Shown here piece after piece: positions 8,697 through 15,427 of a stretch of DNA of 15,427 nucleotides. The stretch lies in assembly GCF_006345805.1 (NCBI RefSeq), contig NW_021825475.1, positions 1-15,427 on the forward strand, written 5' to 3'. The stretch's first letter is position 1, and each line of letters begins with the position of its first letter. Source of the DNA: Octopus sinensis (taxonomy: Eukaryota). Below the pieces are notes generated by a model. That model was not told the DNA's origin. It ran no database searches and saw nothing but the letters and a program-made list of their open reading frames with translations. A program made the translations under genes and the position numbers.

Positions 8697-8743
<47 letters not shown>

Positions 8744-9626
8744 TAGCGATTGTTCATAAAAACAATACATCCACGTACGCACATATACAGATAGGTTCTT
8801 GTAAACACACCTGTTTACATACATATATACATACATACATACATACATACATAAATACATACACATGCATACATCATACACACATGCATACATACATACA
8901 TACATACATACATACATACATGCATACATACAAACAAACATACACGCATACAGACGCACAAGCACATTCACAGACAAGCATAAACACACTCACAACTATA
9001 TATGCACATATATACACTTACTCGTATACATATTCGTTTATGCATATATACACGCATACATATACATGCACACAAACTCATACACGTGCACATACTCACA
9101 CACGCTCATATACATATGTAGATACATTTGTGTACAGCTATACGCTGGCATACATGCATACACAGTCACATGCTCACACGTACACACATATATATATTTA
9201 TACACACGCACATACACACATGAACACAAATACTTATAGATATGTTCATGCACGTAGACACCATATATATATACACACACACACACACGCACACACACAC
9301 ACACGCACACACACACACACACAAACACACACATCTAAGCATATTCACATACAAATTTTAATAGACAGGTACAAACATACGCATCCCTCATTGACATTTC
9401 TGAACACACGTACAGACACGCACACACAGACACACACACACACATACATACACACACGCACACACACATATACACACATACACACAGACACACACATACA
9501 CACAGACAGACACACACACACACAAACACACACGCACACATGTGTAATCAAACACATAAGCACATATACTCACACATACAAGTCCCAAATACACATACTG
9601 ATATACGTAAACACGACACACATACA

Positions 9627-9672
<46 letters not shown>

Positions 9673-10010
9673 GTAATATACACATACTCACTCAGAGGTA
9701 TACTCTTGCAGACACGCACTCAGAGATTCGCAACTATAAACATACACGCGTACACACAAACATATGCACACACACATGCGCGCAATCTTATATACAGTCC
9801 TTTACATAGACAAATGTGTGTGCGTGTGTGCGTGTGTGTGTGAGTGTGTGTACACTTACAGGTTTTCAAGAATAAACACGCTTACAAACACATAAATAAT
9901 TACACAGACACATCTTCTTAAGCAAATACACACACACACACAAATGCACGTAGACATACACTCAGGCACACATACGCACATACATATGTCGTAAACACAC
10001 AAATACGCAA
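8690..10010. repeat. Long degenerate (CA)n/(CATA)n tract
   Basis: About 1.3 kb of alternating purine-pyrimidine simple sequence. It is the source of the 386-aa HT-rich ORF. Confidence 0.95.
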
Positions 10011-10021
10011 ACACTTAATTC

Positions 10022-10287
10022 TCTAGGTGCCCGTTCAACAGGTTAGAAATAGCAACTAAATCTCCCTTCAATCACACTATATTATGTTAAGAAAAGCAAA
10101 ACACATTCAGTAATATGCTCTATAGGCGCAGGAGTGGATGTGTGGTAAGTAGCTTGCTTACGAACTACATGGTTTCGGGTTCAGTCTGTGTGGCACCTTG
10201 GGCAAGTGTTTTCTACTATAGCCTCGGGCCAACCAAAGCCTTGTGAGTGGATTTGGTAGACGGAAACTGAAAGAAGCCCATCGAATG

Positions 10288-10334
<47 letters not shown>

Positions 10335-10655
10335 TGTGTGTGTGTGTGTGTGTGTTTGTGTTTGTGTGTCTGTGTTTGTCCCCTCAACATCGCTTGACAA
10401 CCGATGCTAGTGTGTTTACGCCCTCGTAACTTAGCGGTTCGGCAAAAGAGACAGATAGAATAATTACTAGGCTTACAAAGAAAAAGCCCTGGGGACGATG
10501 TGCACGACTAAAGGCGGTGTTCCAGCATGGCCGCAGTCAAATGATTGAAACAAGAAAAGCGTATCACAATTCGCATACGAAGTGGTCATGGCTTGAATAT
10601 CTTTGATCATGAGTCTATAGCGACTGGATTGACCTAGGGTTATACATTAACAACA
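10022..10655 (+). mobile_element. Older interspersed repeat relic (10022-10124 plus 10560-10655), apparently split by the SINE at 10125
   Basis: GGTTAGAAATAGCAACTAAATCTCCCTTCAATCACAC before the SINE and TGGTCATGGCTTGAATATCTTTGATCAT..TGACCTAGGG..AACAACAA after it. Recognised from memory as consecutive parts of one octopod repeat 3' end; not verified. Confidence 0.45.
10125..10559 (+). mobile_element. Full-length tRNA-derived SINE family B with an internal (TA)n(TG)n microsatellite
   Basis: Head GGCGCAGGAGTGGATGTGTGGTAAG (A box), GGTTCAGTC (B-box-like), CORE-like CACCTTGGGCAAGTG, internal microsatellite at 10287-10375, and 3' end GGCGGTGTTCCAGCATGGCCGCAGTCAAATGATTGAAACAAGAAAAG. Confidence 0.9.
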
Positions 10656-10667
10656 ATACTGAAACTT

Positions 10668-10793
10668 ATACATACATACATACATACATACATACATACA
10701 TACATACATACATACACACACACATACATACATACATACATACATACATACATACATACATACATACATACATACATACATACATACATACAT
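10668..10793. repeat. (CATA)n microsatellite
   Basis: Seen directly. Confidence 0.98.
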
Positions 10794-11120
10794 GCAGTCA
10801 GTTGTAGAAATGAGCTCCCCAGCGGATGTTAAGATAAAGCTGAAGATCAGTAAAAAAGAGAACACCTATGCTGAACTATTGAGTGCAGGTTTATACCAGT
10901 AATTATTTGAGCCCTAGGATATGTAACACTCTGCCTAAATTCCACTCTTGAGAAATTAGGTTTCTCAAAACCATAAAGGAGAAAGCTAATTCGAAGACTA
11001 CAATCCAGTCCATCACTGGAGCTGTAAAAATCCGTAAAACTTTCCAGAAGTTTATCATTTAAATATATATGAGCATGTCTAGATATGTATGAGAATACAT
11101 AAATAAAACATAAAAATCTG

Positions 11121-11296
11121 CACATACATACATACATACATCATACATACACATACATACACACACATACATACCTACATCATACATACTACATACATAC
11201 ATACATACATACATACATACATACATACATACATACATACATACATACATACATACATACATACATACATACATACATACATACATACATACATAC
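11121..11296. repeat. (CATA)n microsatellite
   Basis: Seen directly. Confidence 0.98.
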
Positions 11297-11400
11297 CGTG
11301 GTCTTAAGTCTGTATTGATATCATATGAAACACGTATTGTGACACTGAAGCCACATCTGTAACAGAAAATGGAGGCCAGTAATTATCTTGCTTAGATGTA

Positions 11401-11471
11401 CACCCAGGAAATCAACAACATAATTAGGATAGCTGTTCACCCAGGAAATCAACAACATAATTGGGGTAGCT
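11401..11471. repeat. 37-bp tandem duplication
   Basis: CACCCAGGAAATCAACAACATAATTRGGRTAGCT starts at 11401 and again at 11438. Confidence 0.95.
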
Positions 11472-11631
11472 AGTAAACTAGGAGGTACATGAATTAACTG
11501 ATAAAAATATCTACCCCAGGAAGCATTGGAAAAGTCCATTTATCAAGAGAAGAAAATTAGAAAAAAAAATTGGCACGAAAGACGCAAGCCGTAGAGGGAA
11601 TAAATCGTATCAAATGCTTGCATGGAATACC

Positions 11632-11862
11632 TATTTCTTTATTACCCACAAGGGGCTAAACATAGAGGGGACAAACAAGGACAGACATAGGTATTAAGTC
11701 GATTACATCGACCCCAGTGCGTAACTGGTACTTAATTTATCGACCCCGAAAGGATGAAAGGCAAAGTCGACCTCGGCGGAATTTGAACTCAGAACGTAAC
11801 AGCAGACAAAATACGGCTACGCATTTCGCCCGGCCTGCTAACGTTTCTGCCAGCTCGCCGCC
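11632..11862 (-). mobile_element. tRNA-derived SINE family C monomer with a 9-bp TSD (TGGAATACC)
   Basis: Minus-strand head GGCGGCGAGCTGGCAGAAACGTTAGC, B box GAGTTCAAATTCC and tail TAATAAAGAAATA. TGGAATACC occurs at 11623-11631 and 11863-11871. Confidence 0.93.
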
Positions 11863-12105
11863 TGGAATACCGACACGTTTATGACATCCTATTTTGAAGG
11901 CTCTCACTAAGCAATTCAAGAACAGGATATCTCTACCAAGTGCCTAACGTATAAAAAGCAAAACACATTGACTGATTCCTTTCAACAGGAGAATGCCCTC
12001 TAGATATTATCTTTCCACGATGCATGAGATGGTGGCCTGGATAGTCTGGCATAAGAAAAAGGATATTACTCGCAGATACAGTTGACAATATTGCGAATGA
12101 TAGAA

Positions 12106-12560
12106 GGCGGCGTGCAGGCAGAAACGTTAGCACGCCGGGCGAAATGCTTAGCGGTATTTCGTCTGCCGCTACGTTCTGAGTTCAAATTCCGCCAAGGTCG
12201 ACTTTGCCTTTCATCCTTTCGGAGTCGATTAAATAAGTACCAGTTACGCACTGGGGTCGATATAATCGACTTAATCCGTTTGTCTGTCCTTGTTTGTCCT
12301 CTCTGTGTTTAGCTCCTTGTGGGTAGTAAAGAAAAAGGTATTTCGTCTACCGTTACGTTGTGAGTTCAAATTCCGCCGAGGTTGACTTTGCCTTTCATCT
12401 TTTCGGTGTCGATTAAATAAGTACCAGTTACGCACTGGGGTCGATATAATCGACTTAATCCATTTGTCTATCCTTGTTTGTTCTCTCTGTATTTAGCCCC
12501 TGTGGGTAGTAAAGAAATAGGTATTTCGTCTGTCGCTACGTTCTGAGTTCAAATTCCGCC
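12106..12560 (+). mobile_element. SINE family C tandem multimer (one head plus ~2.2 body units of ~184 bp)
   Basis: Head GGCGGCGTGCAGGCAGAAACGTTAGC at 12106. GTATTTCGTC recurs at 12154, 12338 and 12521. Confidence 0.93.
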
Positions 12561-12599
12561 CTCTCTCTCTCCTAAAACTCTCATTTCCTGTCGCTTATT

Positions 12600-12820
12600 G
12601 TGGTTAATTTGCAGAATCTTTAAAGCGTCGGGGAAAAAAATTGCTTCACGTTAATTGTTCCGGCTCCTTGCATTCTGTGTTCAAATCCCGCCGAGGTTAA
12701 CTTTGTCTTCCATCTTTCAGGGATCAATAAAATATTACACCGTTTAAGAACTAGAACGGCTGAAGCATACAAACCCCTCAGCCAAAATTTCAGGCCTTAT
12801 GCCTATACGATAAATTATAA
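12600..12820 (+). mobile_element. Older, diverged SINE related to family C
   Basis: TTCTGTGTTCAAATCCCGCCGAGGTTAACTTTGTCTTCCATCTTTC matches the family C B box and body, but the 3' end differs (AAAATTTCAGGCCTTATGCCTATA). Confidence 0.75.
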
Positions 12821-12878
12821 TCCTGTCTCCCGGCTGATGGTCACGTATACTGTTGTTCCAAGATTATTAGATGTACAA

Positions 12879-12964
12879 GGCGGCACGCTGGCAGAAACGT
12901 TAGCACACCGGGCGAAATTTTTATCAGTATTTCGTCCCTCTTTACGTTCTGACTTCAAATTCCT
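12879..12964 (+). mobile_element. SINE family C head only
   Basis: GGCGGCACGCTGGCAGAAACGTTAGCACACCGGGCGAAAT..TACGTTCTGACTTCAAATTCC. Confidence 0.88.
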
Positions 12965-13189
12965 TCTTAAATTCTTTGTATCATCGTTCTCTTTCACTTT
13001 GAATCTTTTTCCTTTTTATCCAAATTTTTCCCCTTTTCTGTCTCCACGACTGACGCTTATACGAGTTTTCGCTATTTGTCTTCAACTTCATTTCCTCGTT
13101 ATAAACCTTTCTATATCCTTTCTTCCTTACCTCTCTTTCTCCTTGACTTCTCTCCCTCCATCATTTCTCCCTCTCTCTCTATCTTTGTC

Positions 13190-13467
13190 TTTCTCCTCAA
13201 AGACATACAGCATCTCGAAAGAGTCCAGAAGCTCTATCTGCGACGATTTCATCTCAATCGAAGGAGAGGGGCTTTCTCCGTCCGGGTTGCGGATCCATGG
13301 TGACGAGATGGTGAAGATGCCGACCACCGCTCGGTTCAAAGTCTCCCTTGACCTCAAGTGGCCTGAACTCTTTACATGAACACCATCCTGTACATAAAAC
13401 TCCATGTCCCCCTACATGGCCTTGCATTTTGCTTTTTGAGCCAAAAAATTAACTAACTAACTAACTA
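13190..13467 (+). mobile_element. CR1/L2-type LINE 3' end (ORF2 C-terminus, 3' UTR and (TAAC)n tail), internally deleted
   Basis: LLKDIQHLERVQKL (cf. KDI..LERVQRRATK) is fused to YLRRFHLNRRRGAFSVRVADPW (cf. FFS.RV...WN.LP), followed by a frameshifted DEMVKMPTTARFKVSLDLKWPELFT* (cf. EVV....FK..LD). The tail TAACTAACTAAC starts at ~13450. Confidence 0.88.
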
Positions 13468-13974
13468 TCTACCCATCTATCTATCTGTTTATCTAACCAT
13501 CTCTCTATCTATCTCTTTATCACTTGAAAAGGAAAGTGAGAGTAGAGAGGCAAGTTTTGTCTAGCGAATGTTTAAAAAAAAAAGATGGGTGAATGTAGCA
13601 AGGATGGCACGTATGAATGACGAAGCCATCTTGAGCATAATCCTATGAACCCGGAAATATTTCAAACAGAGAGTTACTTACTTGCAAATAAATGTGTTAA
13701 CATGTGACATTATTGACCGAGGTCACCGTGGTCTTTCCCTAGGCTTTTCTTTCCACGGATAAACCTTATCCGCTTCCCCCTTTACACGTTACATCATGAT
13801 ATTTCTGTGATACACGATCCCTATTGATGATCTTTTTCTATTTTTTCTCTCTCTCTCTTTTACGTCCCTTTTATAATTATTTTTATTTTTATTTTTATTT
13901 TTTTCTCCCCCAAAAGAAAAGCTCCACTTTGAAATTTCTCCCCTCTGTGTTCAGCTCTGTGTGGCTAATAAAGA

Positions 13975-13978
13975 AGCA

Positions 13979-14021
<43 letters not shown>

Positions 14022-14320
14022 CTAAAATTTCCTTCATTCTCTCCCCACACCGCTGTCTCTTCACCGATATTGTTATCTCTCTTGAACATCATTTCCTCAT
14101 CATAAGACTTTCTAGATCTCTTCTTCAAAACTAGATCTCCTCTCCCTCCCTCTCTCTCTCTTTCTCTCTCTCTCTCTCTGTCTCCCCCACCTCTCTCGCT
14201 CTCTCTCTACCTATCCACTTGCTTTCATTTTTCTCGCTACACCACTGTCTCTTAAACGCATTTTCACTATCTCTCTTGAAATTCATTTCCTCATCATTAG
14301 CTTCTCAATATCCTTTTCTT
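13975..14320. repeat. Diverged direct repeat (~194-bp period) with (CT)n tracts
   Basis: ACACCRCTGTCTCTT..ATCTCTCTTGAA..TCATTTCCTCATCAT occurs at ~14047-14103 and ~14239-14297, each preceded by (CT)n. Confidence 0.8.
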
Positions 14321-14343
14321 AATAACTTACTTTTTTGTGGACC

Positions 14344-14381
<38 letters not shown>

Positions 14382-14944
14382 GCCCCCTCTCTCACTCACT
14401 CTCTCACCCGCTCTCTTCCTATTTTCACCTATTTTCATTGTTTATCTATGTCACTAAAACCACCATTCTCTCAATAACTCTACAAACCCCCACCAATCAG
14501 AAACGACATTACATCCGTTACAAATATCACCCAGTATTGTTCCTTCCAATTCACAATCACTTAACAATACTTTCTTACTCCAATCTGAACTTTCCCTTAA
14601 TCACATCCACTTCTTCTTCTTCCGTCATCTTGTCCCAGAAGTGCCAACATAGCGGGTAATCTCAACAGCGTCCATTAGATAACTTAATCACTCCTCAAGT
14701 GTTAATATTATTTCCTTTCGTTTCCTTTGATTTTACATTTTTTTTTTCGTTTTTATATGTTTGTCTGCTTTATTTTATTTATCCTATTTATTTATTTATT
14801 TTGTTTTTATTGTATTTCCAAAACGATAATAAAATGTACTTCGTCGATTTAACGGTAAACAGTAATTTTATTGTCTATAGCGGAAGTCATGGCCGGAGTA
14901 TCTCTCTCAACCAGCACTATTCCTCACGTGATATAAACACATAA

Positions 14945-15130
14945 TAAACACACAAGCACACACATGCATATATACATACATACACACAAGCATACAAACA
15001 TAAACAAGGACAAACAGTCTTAATTATTCCTATACATATGCACACATATACATTTAATTCAGACTTCATTTATGGTTATATATATTTATATACATATACA
15101 TACATATATATGTATGTAAGTATGTATACA

Positions 15131-15167
<37 letters not shown>

Positions 15168-15253
15168 TATGTATATACTCACACATTATGTATAGCATGT
15201 ATCTAAATATACATACAAACACACATATGTATGCACACACATATAACAATGAA

Positions 15254-15335
<82 letters not shown>

Positions 15336-15365
15336 ATACATAGATATATATAGAGATAGATAGAT

Positions 15366-15427
<62 letters not shown>
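14945..15427. repeat. Degenerate (CA/TA)n followed by (TAGA)n microsatellite
   Basis: Seen directly. (TAGA)n runs from ~15341 to the window end. Confidence 0.96.

Larger units (their letters stand above)
10800..12105 (-). pseudogene. Probable degraded UDP-glycosyltransferase (UGT family) pseudogene
   Basis: Colinear UGT-like remnants on the minus strand: signal end plus ILFLMPDYPGHHLMH..ISRGHS (cf. IL...P..SH......L..RGH.V); SCQFF then FLLLINGLFQCFLG (cf. C..LL..FDL.I.D.F..C); LIHVPPS; SYPNYV; KLLESFTDFYSSSDG/WIVVF (cf. PLP....F..S..GVIV.SFGS); YGFEK..SRVEFR; YPRAQIITG; IGVLFFTD (cf. GIP.F.DQ). There are many frameshifts, stops and deletions, and the downstream matches are weaker. Confidence 0.55.

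Noticed and set aside
8683-9843. 386-aa His/Thr-rich ORF, the longest in the window
   Set aside because: It is entirely degenerate (CA)n sequence and is open in several frames on both strands.
12154-12560. CRISPR-like array
   Set aside because: Whole ~184-bp units are repeated with no unique spacers, in a eukaryotic SINE context.
13127-13405. Minus-strand 92-aa ORF MEFYVQDG...
   Set aside because: It is the antisense of the CR1/L2 LINE remnant plus a CT-rich tract.
13580-13660. KRW..VARM..MNDE resembling an RTE LINE C-terminus
   Set aside because: Too short and degenerate to support.
13824-14659. Ser/Leu/Phe-rich ORFs
   Set aside because: These are translations of (CT)n and T-rich low-complexity sequence.

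Overview
Eukaryotic, AT-rich, microsatellite-saturated genomic DNA with no complete intact gene. The SINE families look like those of octopod cephalopods, but this is recognition from memory and not a database result. Nearly all supplied ORFs are simple-repeat artefacts. Real content: (1) a 5'-truncated Penelope-like retroelement fragment with an intact GIY-YIG endonuclease frame (2247-2918), bracketed by ~230-260 bp inverted arms; (2) a decayed mariner transposase (minus strand, ~4600-4880); (3) many tRNA-derived SINEs of about three families, including nested, inverted-pair and tandem-multimer arrangements; (4) an internally deleted CR1/L2-type LINE 3' end (13190-13467); (5) a probable, heavily degraded UDP-glycosyltransferase pseudogene (minus strand, ~10800-12105) split by a SINE with a 9-bp target-site duplication; (6) two or three degenerate minimal hammerhead-ribozyme-like motifs; (7) a candidate plus-strand signal-peptide exon (5897-6142) of an unidentified gene.
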